Positions 29,827 to 38,750 of a stretch of 64,000 bases of DNA are shown here, one piece after another. Position 1 is the stretch's first letter; each line of letters starts with the position of its first letter. Where the stretch lies: positions 1,184,001-1,248,000 of the forward strand of contig CBDCTJ010000007.1 of NCBI GenBank assembly GCA_965222115.1. The letters are read 5' to 3'. This DNA is from Planctomycetota bacterium (GTDB taxonomy: Bacteria; Planctomycetota; PLA2; JAEUHO01). The notes beneath the pieces were generated by a model. The model saw nothing but the letters and a program-made list of their open reading frames with translations. It was not told where the DNA came from and did no database searches. The position numbers and the translations under genes were made by a program.

Positions 29827-31482
29827 GTGTTGTTTCAACGCCGTAATCTGAAAATCACTTCTACGTTTGTGACGATGCTTCTTGTAGCGAGCTCGTTGTC
29901 ACTACTGGGATCCAGTGCACCTACATGGGCAAAGGACGAAGTGTCCTTTGATATCGAATCCTGGGTAGACGAGTGGCGCGAGGCAGAGCCCGCAGAGCGC
30001 ATGGCGCTCACCCTCAAATTGAAGCGGGCCGGTGTGACTGCGACGGCATTGTCAAATGCGCTTCGCTCGATTCCACGCTTTGCATCCGACGAGCTCACTA
30101 CAGGCGAAACGGATACATGGACGGCTGAGTCGGGCGACGATCGCGAGCACACGCATTACCTCTATGTGCCCGTTAGTTACGAAGCCAAAAAGCCCATGCC
30201 CATGCTCGTGTGGCTCCACGGTGGAGTAACCATGCCGCGACCCAACATGGGACAGTTGGGCATCAATTACTTCAAAGAAGCCGCTGAAAAGGAAGGGTAT
30301 CTTTTGTTAGCGCCCTCGGCCGCGGGCGTGCCGTGGTGGACGGAAGGTGGCATCAAGGTGATTCGTGATGCCATGCGTTACGCGGCAGAGAACTACAACG
30401 TGGACGCGGATCGAACGGCGGCGGCTGGATTCTCCGATGGCGCAAGTGGTTGCTATCACCTGTTGCAGCATATGCCAGAGCCTTTCGGGTGTTTTATGGC
30501 GTTGCTTGGACACCCCTTGTTGACGCGCATGATGGGCGGGCCGGCGTTTGTAACAAACGCAACGTCGCGGCCGATCTACGCGGTCAATGGCGGAAAGGAC
30601 CGCTTGTATCCTTCCGCTCGCATGAAGCCGTTCGTGGATTCCTTGAAGGACGCCGGCGCTGACGTCACGTGGCTGGACTTGCCGGAAGAAGGGCATCGCC
30701 CCGCAGCCTTTGTTCCGCGTTGGGATACGTGGTCGGCGTATTGGAAAGAACATCCGCGTTCGCTCGACGCGAAGTCGATTCAGTGGGAGACCGCCAAACC
30801 CGAATTGACGGGTCGCTTTGATTGGGTGGAAATTCTGTCGGTGAGACCCGCCGCCGGTGACTCCGAGGATGGTGAGGCGAAATCAAACGTATTGCCACTA
30901 CCGGATCTAGCACAATCGAAACAGCGCCCAAAATTGGGCGTAAACATCGATACCAAGTTTGAAGGCGAGGGTCTTCGCGTATCGGGTGTAACTAAGGGAA
31001 TGGCAGCCGCCGAAAGCGGCGTCAAAGTGGGCGATGTACTCGTGAAGGTAGACGACGTGGAACTGAAGACGCTCCAAGACGCGCGTAAACTTGCCGCTAT
31101 GCTTCAAGAACTCTATGACGCAGACCGCGCGGGCACATTCACCTTTATGCGCGACGGCGAGACCATTGAGCTTGAGATTCGTCCCGCAATACCACCGAAG
31201 CCATCGCGTGGCTTTGGCGACGGCAAGCCCTCGGGGCGCATCGAGGCGACCATCAAGGCTCCCAATCACATCGTCGTCACAACCAAGGGGGTCGCTCAGT
31301 GTCGTCTGCACCTCCGCGGTCCCCACATTGATATCTCGAAGCCTGTGCGCGTAACGCTGAATGGCCGTGACGTTTGGAACAAGCCTGTGCAGCAAACGGT
31401 TGAGTATTTGCTCTCCGAGGACGCGCGCTCCCTAGGAACCACGGCGCATCCTTTCGAAGCGTCGATCCTGTTGACGCCCTAA
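29827..31482 (+). CDS. Secreted alpha/beta-hydrolase (esterase/peptidase) with a PDZ domain
   Basis: Signal peptide; WLHGG, nucleophile GFSDG, G.KD and EGH triad; PDZ segment LGVNI..V..GMAAAESGVKVGDVL; SD AGGAGG. Confidence 0.85.
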   Translation: MLFQRRNLKITSTFVTMLLVASSLSLLGSSAPTWAKDEVSFDIESWVDEWREAEPAERMALTLKLKRAGVTATALSNALRSIPRFASDELTTGETDTWTAESGDDREHTHYLYVPVSYEAKKPMPMLVWLHGGVTMPRPNMGQLGINYFKEAAEKEGYLLLAPSAAGVPWWTEGGIKVIRDAMRYAAENYNVDADRTAAAGFSDGASGCYHLLQHMPEPFGCFMALLGHPLLTRMMGGPAFVTNATSRPIYAVNGGKDRLYPSARMKPFVDSLKDAGADVTWLDLPEEGHRPAAFVPRWDTWSAYWKEHPRSLDAKSIQWETAKPELTGRFDWVEILSVRPAAGDSEDGEAKSNVLPLPDLAQSKQRPKLGVNIDTKFEGEGLRVSGVTKGMAAAESGVKVGDVLVKVDDVELKTLQDARKLAAMLQELYDADRAGTFTFMRDGETIELEIRPAIPPKPSRGFGDGKPSGRIEATIKAPNHIVVTTKGVAQCRLHLRGPHIDISKPVRVTLNGRDVWNKPVQQTVEYLLSEDARSLGTTAHPFEASILLTP

Positions 31483-31518
31483 ACATACCCCTTGGTGCCA
31501 GGCACCCCGATGTGCCCC
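31480..31518 (+). repeat. REP-like palindromic element (solo copy)
   Basis: TAAACATAC-N5-GGTGCCAGGCACC-CCGATG; its TAA is the stop codon of 29827..31482. Confidence 0.8.
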
Positions 31519-31532
31519 TTACGAGGAGAGCC

Positions 31533-32882
31533 ATGCACAAGCGACTCGTTGCCGCCGCCGTCCTGTTGTTCCTCCTCGCGCCACCGCTGCACGCAAAAGA
31601 AAAGACTCGCAAACCCACATTCGACAAGAAGGCGCTTACGTCACTCGCAGCGCGCTGGTTCAACGCTCGCCCCAAGACGCAGTTTTTCAACTGGAAACGC
31701 AAGCCCCGTCAGGCACTTTTGAAAGAGCTCGACGCGCTCGGCGAGGTCCCGCGCGGCAAGACCAAGGCAGTCATCGATCTATTGATGAAGGCCGCGCGTC
31801 GCGCTGTGCCTCCGCTGAAGGGCACGCTTGAATCGCCGTACGGTCCGGTCACGTGGATTCAAAAGGGCAAAGGCGGAGCGAAGAAGGGCCTCGTGCTTGG
31901 TCTTCACGGTGGTGGGCCCGGATCGGGAAGCGCCAAAGAGGCAGCGGGTAACTGGCCCGTGACGGGGCAGCTAGCAATCTATCCGCAGGCCGTGCGACTC
32001 GTGGATGACACGTGGAATACCGTACACGGCGAACGGTATCTGCTCACGTTGATCGAAATGGCCAAGGTGCACGGCGGCATTGATCCCAACCGTGTGTACA
32101 GCGTTGGATTCAGTATGGGGGGATCGGGATCGTGGTTCATGGCGGGCCGTCACCCGGATCTCCTTGCGGGTGCGATTTCGGCGCATGGCGTGCTCATGGC
32201 CAAGCGCGTCAAAGTTGTCAGCCCTGATGATGTTGGCGAGTTTCAGTATGGCTTCGTTCCCAACGTTAGAAATCTAGCCGTCTACTTCTACACCGGCACC
32301 GACGACAAGAACTGCGAGCCGGGGACATTTCGACGCGCGTGGCAAATGATTGACGCGCTCAAGAAGACCGACAGCGACGGATACGGTGACGTCCGCTTTT
32401 CACTGCACGAAGGCGTAGCGCATCGCTTCCCGTCGGGTGAACCCAAGAAGGGCTTGGACTACATCTTTCAGCATCGACGCAATCCCTATCCCGAGACGTT
32501 GGTTTGGGAGTATGCCGAATCCCCGTTTCCGCGGGGATTCAAAGACGACAAGGTTGCTCGGCGTGCGAAGAAGTGGTTTTATTGGCTGCGGTGTGCGCTG
32601 CCCGGTAACAAGATGCAGGTTCGCGCCGTGCGCTCGACGACAAAGGACGCCAACATCATCGACCTCACGTTCAAAGAGGCTTACCAAGACGATTTCACGA
32701 TCTACTTGAATGACGCGATGATCGAGCCCAGGCTGCCCGTGATCGTGCGCGTCGCTGGCGAAGAAGTGTACCAGGGTGTTCCCGTACCTACGTACCGCAG
32801 TATCTTCGAGTCGTTCGATGCCCGACTCGACACCGCGCTAACGTTCGATCGCGCGATCCCCTTGCCCGAGCCTCGCGACTAA
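31533..32882 (+). CDS. Secreted alpha/beta-hydrolase-fold protein
   Basis: Signal peptide (PLHA|KE); GLHGGG, GFSMGG, G.DD and GVAH motifs; SD GAGGAG. Confidence 0.85.
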   Translation: MHKRLVAAAVLLFLLAPPLHAKEKTRKPTFDKKALTSLAARWFNARPKTQFFNWKRKPRQALLKELDALGEVPRGKTKAVIDLLMKAARRAVPPLKGTLESPYGPVTWIQKGKGGAKKGLVLGLHGGGPGSGSAKEAAGNWPVTGQLAIYPQAVRLVDDTWNTVHGERYLLTLIEMAKVHGGIDPNRVYSVGFSMGGSGSWFMAGRHPDLLAGAISAHGVLMAKRVKVVSPDDVGEFQYGFVPNVRNLAVYFYTGTDDKNCEPGTFRRAWQMIDALKKTDSDGYGDVRFSLHEGVAHRFPSGEPKKGLDYIFQHRRNPYPETLVWEYAESPFPRGFKDDKVARRAKKWFYWLRCALPGNKMQVRAVRSTTKDANIIDLTFKEAYQDDFTIYLNDAMIEPRLPVIVRVAGEEVYQGVPVPTYRSIFESFDARLDTALTFDRAIPLPEPRD

Positions 32883-32977
32883 ACATACGCAGTGGTGCCA
32901 GGCACCCGGATGCACCCTCAAGCGAATACACGGGCGAGGAGGTACGTCGGCGTGCCTGGCACCAAAGGGTATGGTTA
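32880..32977. mobile_element. REPIN/MITE-like inverted doublet of the REP-like element
   Basis: Left arm TAAACATACGCAGTGGTGCCAGGCACCCGGATG; right arm (reverse complement) TAACCATACCCTTTGGTGCCAGGCACGCCGACG; bounded by the TAA stop codons of two convergent genes; mobility is inferred, not shown. Confidence 0.72.
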
Positions 32978-34204
32978 AGGTGAATCCCAGCGGCGTCGGC
33001 GGACGTTATTGTCTGTGTCGTCGTCGTCAATGGGATCTTTGGGATTGCCGCCGAGGTAGGTGATGGCTTCTTCAGGCGTCTTGAAGTGGGGGAAGATCTG
33101 GTCGAGTTGCGTCATTTGAAGAATGTTGGCGATTGCGGGCTGCACGGCGCAGAGTGCGAGTTCGCCTTCCTTGGCGGTGAGTCCTTGGTGAGCCTTAAGG
33201 AGATAGCCCAACGCCGCTGAGTTGATGAACGGCAGGGAACTCAGGTCAAGGGCCACGCGCTGGCCACCCTCGTCCACGAGTCCATCAAGGGTTTGCACCA
33301 ACGAGGGGAAGTCCTCGATGCCGCCTTCAAACGTGAGCAATGTGATCGTCATGCCGGCCATGCTAGCGGCGAGCCCGCCCGCGGGCACGCTCGTTCTGAG
33401 ATTCTCGCGCGCAACGACTTCTTCGGCGAGCCAGTCATGAACGCGCGGCGTGGCGGCGATCAAAATGTCACGCTCAATGAGAGGATCGTGGCCGTAGCCG
33501 TCCGATGTTTTGCCGCCTGCTTCGCGAACCAGCAACATCCCCGGGGCCACGTCGTGAATGGGCGTTCTCGGACCGCGACCGCCGAGATAGCCATGTACGG
33601 CACCCGAGGCCACATCACGCAGGTGAATGGCAATCGACCCAAGCGACCGAACGCGGTAACAGCGCTGCCGTAGTTCCATGGGCATCGACGGATGACGCAC
33701 AAACAGACCCTCATTGGATAGATCCAAGTGAACTCGCGACCGCCGAGGATCGGGATCGGTCATCTCCAACCGTCGGCCTTCTCGGTAGGCGCCATGTCCA
33801 CGCGCGGCCCACGTAAAGTCATCGGTGAGCGGTTCGTACACTGCGGCAAACAGCGGATGGTGTCCGTGCATGAGCACCAACTGTGTGGCGAAATTCTGAA
33901 TGCGCGCTGCGAAGTTGGCGGTTCCGTCTAATGGATCCACGTGCCACATCAACTGCCGCTTGCGAATGGTTCCCGCTTCCTCGCTTTCGATGCCAAACGC
34001 ATCATCGAACGCCAAGAGCCCTTCGAGGATCTGTTTTTCAAGTGCTAAGTCGAGTGTGGTTACGGGCGAGCCATCGCTCTTGCGCGTCGTTTCCGTCATT
34101 GGGGCACGAAACGCTTCCAGCACGGTGGGGCGCAACCCACGTAACAGGGACTCCACATCGGGCGCGAGCCGGTGCCATGGTTTCTTCGGTGCGGTAAGCG
34201 ACAT
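32975..34204 (-). CDS. Inositol monophosphatase-family protein fused in frame to a C-terminal STAS (anti-anti-sigma) domain
   Basis: SEE, WHVDPLDGTANF, R.LGS and HDVAPG IMPase motifs; STAS LDLSSLPFINSAALGYL; no stop codon between the two. Confidence 0.85.
   Translation of the reverse strand: MSLTAPKKPWHRLAPDVESLLRGLRPTVLEAFRAPMTETTRKSDGSPVTTLDLALEKQILEGLLAFDDAFGIESEEAGTIRKRQLMWHVDPLDGTANFAARIQNFATQLVLMHGHHPLFAAVYEPLTDDFTWAARGHGAYREGRRLEMTDPDPRRSRVHLDLSNEGLFVRHPSMPMELRQRCYRVRSLGSIAIHLRDVASGAVHGYLGGRGPRTPIHDVAPGMLLVREAGGKTSDGYGHDPLIERDILIAATPRVHDWLAEEVVARENLRTSVPAGGLAASMAGMTITLLTFEGGIEDFPSLVQTLDGLVDEGGQRVALDLSSLPFINSAALGYLLKAHQGLTAKEGELALCAVQPAIANILQMTQLDQIFPHFKTPEEAITYLGGNPKDPIDDDDTDNNVRRRRWDSP
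33360..33365 (-). promoter_or_regulatory. Putative internal -10 box (TAGCAT) for a nested STAS gene starting at ATG 33352
   Basis: TAGCAT-ggccggc-ATG; same geometry as at other starts in this window. Confidence 0.5.
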
Positions 34205-34223
34205 CAATAGTTCCCCGGGCTTC

Positions 34224-35909
34224 CTAACGGGTCTCGATTTCAGGTGTACGCGGGCCTTCGCGTCCCAGCAACTCATGGTGATCATCCAATTCGGATTCAA
34301 GCAAAGCCAAGAGGGGCATCAATGCATCGCGCGCGTCCGTATCGGCCGTCACCTCGATGACCTGCTTTCGCTCCTTGGCGGTGAGTGCTTCCATGGAGGC
34401 GCGCTGCGACTCGTAAACGTCGATCCCCGCATCGCTCGCGTCGTCGTTTCGCGCAGCGCGCTCCTTCAGTCGTCGATGGACGACGTCTCGCGGACACGTC
34501 ACATGAATTGCCACAAAGGGTGCGCCTTCCGCCTCAGCGATGGCTCGAGCATCGTTTCGAGACGAGCGTCGAAGGTAAGTCGCGTCCAAAATGACCGCAG
34601 TTCCTTCCTGCAGCGCCACGCGCGCCTGCGCGTGCATCTCCTCATAGGTACGCTTTGACATGTCGTCGCTATAAAGCGCAGTTTTCTCCTCTCCCTCTAC
34701 CCGATCGGTGACTTGAAGCCCTACGAGTTCCTTGCGGATGACATCGCTCTGCAAGACGACTGCACGCAAGGAGGGGGCCAAACTACGCGCGACGACACTC
34801 TTGCCTGTTCCCGAGAGTCCCACCAGGATCATTAACGGTGGTGTGGCGCCGCCACGGGCAAAACTCCACGCAAGTGCAAGATGGGCTTGTGCTTTGCGAA
34901 TGGCTACGCGATGTGCGGGGTGTCCGGTTGGAAGTTGGCTCGCACGTGCGACATGAACGCAGGCGCGAACATGCGAGCGATACGCGCGGTAGAGCGGCAA
35001 GAGTTGTGACGCGTCGACATCGGCGGTTTCTTCGAGGTAGTGATGCTCGAGCAGGTCTGCCAAGTCGGCGCGACCATGGTGAACAAGATCCATGGAGAGG
35101 AATGCGACATCGGAGAGGGGGTCGATGTGTCGTAGAAGCGGTGAAAACTCAACGCAGTCCACAACCACCGACCTGCCCTTGTAGCGCACGACATGCTCAA
35201 GCCGCATATCGCCGTGGCCGTTGACCATACGCCCCTCAAGTATTCGTCGCCGTATGGTGCGTCGCGACTGCCAAAGGCGACGCCACACGCGTGTGCGTAG
35301 CCCTTCGTGAACGACATGGGGAAAGCTCTCGGATACATACGCCGACGTGCCTCTAAAGTTGCGTCGCAACACACTTCCGAATGTGCTGGGTTGTGCGAGC
35401 CGTGCCTGCTGTGGGGTCAATCGACCTTCGCGATGAAATGCGGCAATGCGCTCGGCAAGTCGTTCGATCGCGGTGGGGGTGATGAGCTCGTCGCGGACGA
35501 GAGCGCTAAGTGTGGCATTGGGTGCGTAGCGCACCATGTGCACGGCAAAGACCACGGCGTCATCGGGCGGTGGTTCATCGTGTTCGACCGGCACCGGTCC
35601 CAACGTTCCAGCCTGGGGGCCTTCGCGCGGGACGAGTGCCACGACACCCAAATAGATGTCGGGCGCCAGGCGTCGATTAAGGCGCACTTCCTCGTGGCAG
35701 AAATGAAGGCGCGCTTCGGGCGTTGAGTAGTCAACGATGTCCCAGTGGCGTACGGGTTTCTTGATTTTGTAGGCGTGCGTACCAATCAGCATGACGACGC
35801 TGATGTGTGTCTCGATCACCTCGACACGTTCCCCTGGTTCGGCGCCCCAAACGGCGGGATCGTGAAGCCGTTCCAGCAGCGTTCGAAAATGGGTATCGAC
35901 GGGATTCAC
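34224..35909 (-). CDS. Bifunctional aminoglycoside-phosphotransferase-like / AAA_33 P-loop kinase (COG2187-type)
   Basis: ETHISVV, AYKIKKPV, EVRLNRRLAP, HGDMRLEH and DCVEF motifs; Walker A GLSGTGKS; DASDA. Confidence 0.92.
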   Translation of the reverse strand: MNPVDTHFRTLLERLHDPAVWGAEPGERVEVIETHISVVMLIGTHAYKIKKPVRHWDIVDYSTPEARLHFCHEEVRLNRRLAPDIYLGVVALVPREGPQAGTLGPVPVEHDEPPPDDAVVFAVHMVRYAPNATLSALVRDELITPTAIERLAERIAAFHREGRLTPQQARLAQPSTFGSVLRRNFRGTSAYVSESFPHVVHEGLRTRVWRRLWQSRRTIRRRILEGRMVNGHGDMRLEHVVRYKGRSVVVDCVEFSPLLRHIDPLSDVAFLSMDLVHHGRADLADLLEHHYLEETADVDASQLLPLYRAYRSHVRACVHVARASQLPTGHPAHRVAIRKAQAHLALAWSFARGGATPPLMILVGLSGTGKSVVARSLAPSLRAVVLQSDVIRKELVGLQVTDRVEGEEKTALYSDDMSKRTYEEMHAQARVALQEGTAVILDATYLRRSSRNDARAIAEAEGAPFVAIHVTCPRDVVHRRLKERAARNDDASDAGIDVYESQRASMEALTAKERKQVIEVTADTDARDALMPLLALLESELDDHHELLGREGPRTPEIETR

Positions 35910-35918
35910 CGCGCCATG

Positions 35919-36614
35919 CTACCGCCCGTGATCTCGACTCGACGACCGATCCACCCACAGTTTGCCCGTGTGATTTAAGATTGTCTGGGCCAGTCGTGAT
36001 TTGCTCGACGTTGCGAGCGACGTGGGTTCATGGTTGTGGGTGATCCACCATGCCTCGCCACCACCGCGGCCCATGTTCTTTGGTCCGTTAAGAACGATGG
36101 CGTCAAAGCGTTTCTTGCGCATCTTTTCCGAAGCACGTGCAACACCACCTCCCACCTCCAACGCGAATCCGATATGCAAACGCGCACCTTTAGAGCGACC
36201 GAGCGCCGCTGCGACATCGCGCGTAGGCTTGAGGTCCAACGACCAGTCGCCGCCCTCGCGCGCGGGCTTGCCCTTCTTGCGAGTTGCGGGGCGCCAGTCG
36301 GATGGTGCAGCGCAAAACACCGCGATGTCGGCGTCGGCAACGGCGTCTCGCATGGCACGATAAAGATCGTCCGTACTCACGATGCGGACGACATGAAGCG
36401 CCGTCGGGGTGGGGAGTGTTGTTGGTCCCAAAATCAGCGTGACGTCGGCACCCAAGCGGTGCGCGCGCCGCGCGATGGCAATTCCCAGGCGACCGGTTGC
36501 GCCGTTGCTAAGAAATCGAATGTCGTCTATGTGTTCGCGCGTGGGTCCGGCGTTCACGACCACCCGCAAGTTGCGCCAGGGGCATGCGGTGGTTGGCGTG
36601 ACGCGGGCGCTCAT
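35919..36614 (-). CDS. coaB: Stand-alone phosphopantothenate--cysteine ligase (CoaB domain)
   Basis: VVNAGPTREHIDDIRFLSN..TG.LG, AAPSDW and IGFALE motifs; ATGA overlap with aguA; no CoaC flavoprotein domain. Confidence 0.88.
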   Translation of the reverse strand: MSARVTPTTACPWRNLRVVVNAGPTREHIDDIRFLSNGATGRLGIAIARRAHRLGADVTLILGPTTLPTPTALHVVRIVSTDDLYRAMRDAVADADIAVFCAAPSDWRPATRKKGKPAREGGDWSLDLKPTRDVAAALGRSKGARLHIGFALEVGGGVARASEKMRKKRFDAIVLNGPKNMGRGGGEAWWITHNHEPTSLATSSKSRLAQTILNHTGKLWVDRSSSRDHGR

Positions 36615-37738
36615 GCGGGCACCTGTTGCGATAAGCAATGGAGTGATCCAAAGCCCTCAATCAAGTGGCGGGAAGCGATGGGCACAACGCGCTTGCGCGG
36701 GAAGCAATGGCGCAAGACCTTGAGCGCATAGTCATCGGCCGGATCGTCAAAGACCGGCACGCACACCACGCGGTTGGCGATGTAGAAGTTGGCATACGAC
36801 GCCGGCAGCCGACGTCGGCTGCGACTTTGGACCCAACCCGGCATGGGCAGTGGAATGACTTCCAAGGGCGTTCCGTTTTCGACCGACATCGCGCGGAGCC
36901 GATCCAGGTTTTCCGCCAACGGGCGAAAGTTCTCATCTTGTGCATCCGGTTCAACGGCGGTGACGACCGTGCGTGGACCGACAAAGCGCGTCATGTCATC
37001 TACGTGCCCGTCTGTGTCGTCGCCCGCAATACCGTCGCCGAGCCAAAGGATGTGTCGCACACCGAGCAGTTCGCGCAAATGCTGTTCGATTTCAAAACGC
37101 GATAGCGATGGATTGCGATTGGTGTGTAGCAGGCACTGCTCGGACGTAATGATCGTTCCCTTGCCATTGCCTTCAATACTCCCGCCCTCAAGCACGAAGG
37201 TCGATCGCTTGCGTGGAAGGTCAAGCAGCGGCGCAAGCTTTCGAGGCAAGCGGTCGTCGCGTAGGAGTTCTGCATATTTGTCGCCCCACGCATTGAACCG
37301 AACGTCGAGTGCAAGTCGTTCACGCGATTTGCCGCGCCCGCGTACCACAACAATGGGGCCTGTGTCGCGAACCCACGCATCGGCCGTCTGGATGCGGTGC
37401 AATTGAACTCGTTTGGCGTGCGCCGCCGACATCGATGTGTCGCGCAACATCTCAACGGCCACGCGCTCGGTGGCGGCGTTCTTCACAAGCAAGTGCACCG
37501 CTTCACTCGACGCGACGGCCGCCACAAATTCGGCGTACGCTTCTTGCGCTTCGGTCAGGCAGCCGCGCCAGGTTTGGGGGTCGTGTGGCCAGCAAAGAAT
37601 CGTGGCTTCGTGCTTTTCCCATTCCGCAGGCCAACGAAATCCTTGCTCGCGCGGCGTTTCGCCAACGATGAGCTTCGGACGCTGCTCCGGAAGGGCCTTG
37701 GGCTTGTCCGTTCGTCCGGATGACTGCCGGCTCGCCAT
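36611..37738 (-). CDS. aguA: Agmatine deiminase
   Basis: PAEWEKH, DAWVRDTGP, FNAWG.KY, LEGGSI, DDTDGHVD, ASYANF and GSLHC.SQQ motifs. Confidence 0.96.
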   Translation of the reverse strand: MASRQSSGRTDKPKALPEQRPKLIVGETPREQGFRWPAEWEKHEATILCWPHDPQTWRGCLTEAQEAYAEFVAAVASSEAVHLLVKNAATERVAVEMLRDTSMSAAHAKRVQLHRIQTADAWVRDTGPIVVVRGRGKSRERLALDVRFNAWGDKYAELLRDDRLPRKLAPLLDLPRKRSTFVLEGGSIEGNGKGTIITSEQCLLHTNRNPSLSRFEIEQHLRELLGVRHILWLGDGIAGDDTDGHVDDMTRFVGPRTVVTAVEPDAQDENFRPLAENLDRLRAMSVENGTPLEVIPLPMPGWVQSRSRRRLPASYANFYIANRVVCVPVFDDPADDYALKVLRHCFPRKRVVPIASRHLIEGFGSLHCLSQQVPA

Positions 37739-38629
37739 CTAGTCGTCCTCGTTTGGCGCGTGTTCATCGTCAAGATAGCGCTTCGTGAGTTGCGTGTAGG
37801 CGTCGATACGACGATCGCGCAGGAACGGCCACCCTTGCCGCGCGTTGTCGGTCCTGCTGCGATCACAATCTACAATGAGCACGGCTTCCTGATTGTCTGC
37901 CTCTGCCAAAATGCGCCCGTCGGGCGACGCAACAAAGGAACGGCCCCAGAATGTGATTTCGCCCTCTGTGCCTACACGGTTAATCGCAGCAACGTGTAGC
38001 CCATTGGCGATCGCATGCGCGCGTTGCATGGTGCGCCATGCATCGTGTTGAATCGGGCGTAGCTCCTTCTCGCCCTGCCAGGTACCAATGGCCGTTGGGT
38101 AGATCAATACATCGGCACCGTGTAGCGCAGTCAAGCGTGCCGCCTCAGGAAACCATTGATCCCAACATATGAGCACGCCGAGCCGTCCCGCACTCGTTTG
38201 AATGGCGCGAAAGCCCAGATCGCCCGGCGTAAAGTAGAACTTCTCATAGAAGCGTGGGTCGTCGGGAATGTGCATCTTGCGATACATGCCCGCCACCGAT
38301 CCATCGCGATCCCACACGACGGCCGTATTGTGAAACAATCCCGGCGCGCGACGTTCGAACAGGCTTCCTACGATAACGATACCGTGTTTCTTCGCACGCC
38401 TAGAGAGTTCTTTGCATACGGTGGCGGTCAACGGTTCTGCGAGGTCGAAGTAGCGATCGTCTTCTTCTTGCGGAAAGTAGATCGTGCGAAAGAGCTCTTG
38501 CGTGCAGATGACGGTTGCACCCTCGGTTGCGGCGCGATCCACAAGCGAGAGTGTGCGCGCCACGTTGTCGTCGGGCGACGGATCGGCATGGGTCTGCAAG
38601 AGGCCCAGTCGCAACGGAAGAGAGTTCAT
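37739..38629 (-). CDS. aguB: N-carbamoylputrescine amidase (carbon-nitrogen hydrolase)
   Basis: QELF, YRKMHIPDDP.FYEKFYFTPGD, ICWDQWFPEAAR and PTAIG motifs; adjacent to aguA. Confidence 0.92.
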   Translation of the reverse strand: MNSLPLRLGLLQTHADPSPDDNVARTLSLVDRAATEGATVICTQELFRTIYFPQEEDDRYFDLAEPLTATVCKELSRRAKKHGIVIVGSLFERRAPGLFHNTAVVWDRDGSVAGMYRKMHIPDDPRFYEKFYFTPGDLGFRAIQTSAGRLGVLICWDQWFPEAARLTALHGADVLIYPTAIGTWQGEKELRPIQHDAWRTMQRAHAIANGLHVAAINRVGTEGEITFWGRSFVASPDGRILAEADNQEAVLIVDCDRSRTDNARQGWPFLRDRRIDAYTQLTKRYLDDEHAPNEDD

Positions 38630-38635
38630 GCGCGC

Positions 38636-38641
38636 AGCATA
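38636..38641 (-). promoter_or_regulatory. Putative -10 box (TATGCT)
   Basis: 6 nt upstream of ATG 38629. Confidence 0.5.
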
Positions 38642-38750
38642 CGGTCGACACCCTGCGCATACGATGTCTCGCCGCACGACGATCCTCGGCGTAGGCTGGC
38701 GACGACTCGTTGGGGGCGATCCGTCAGCGAGGCGCGGGTAGGAGCCGGCC

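Noticed and set aside
38739-38744. TAGGAG before aspA as another leaderless -10 box
   Set aside because: It lacks the final T and is equally well explained as a Shine-Dalgarno (AGGAG)
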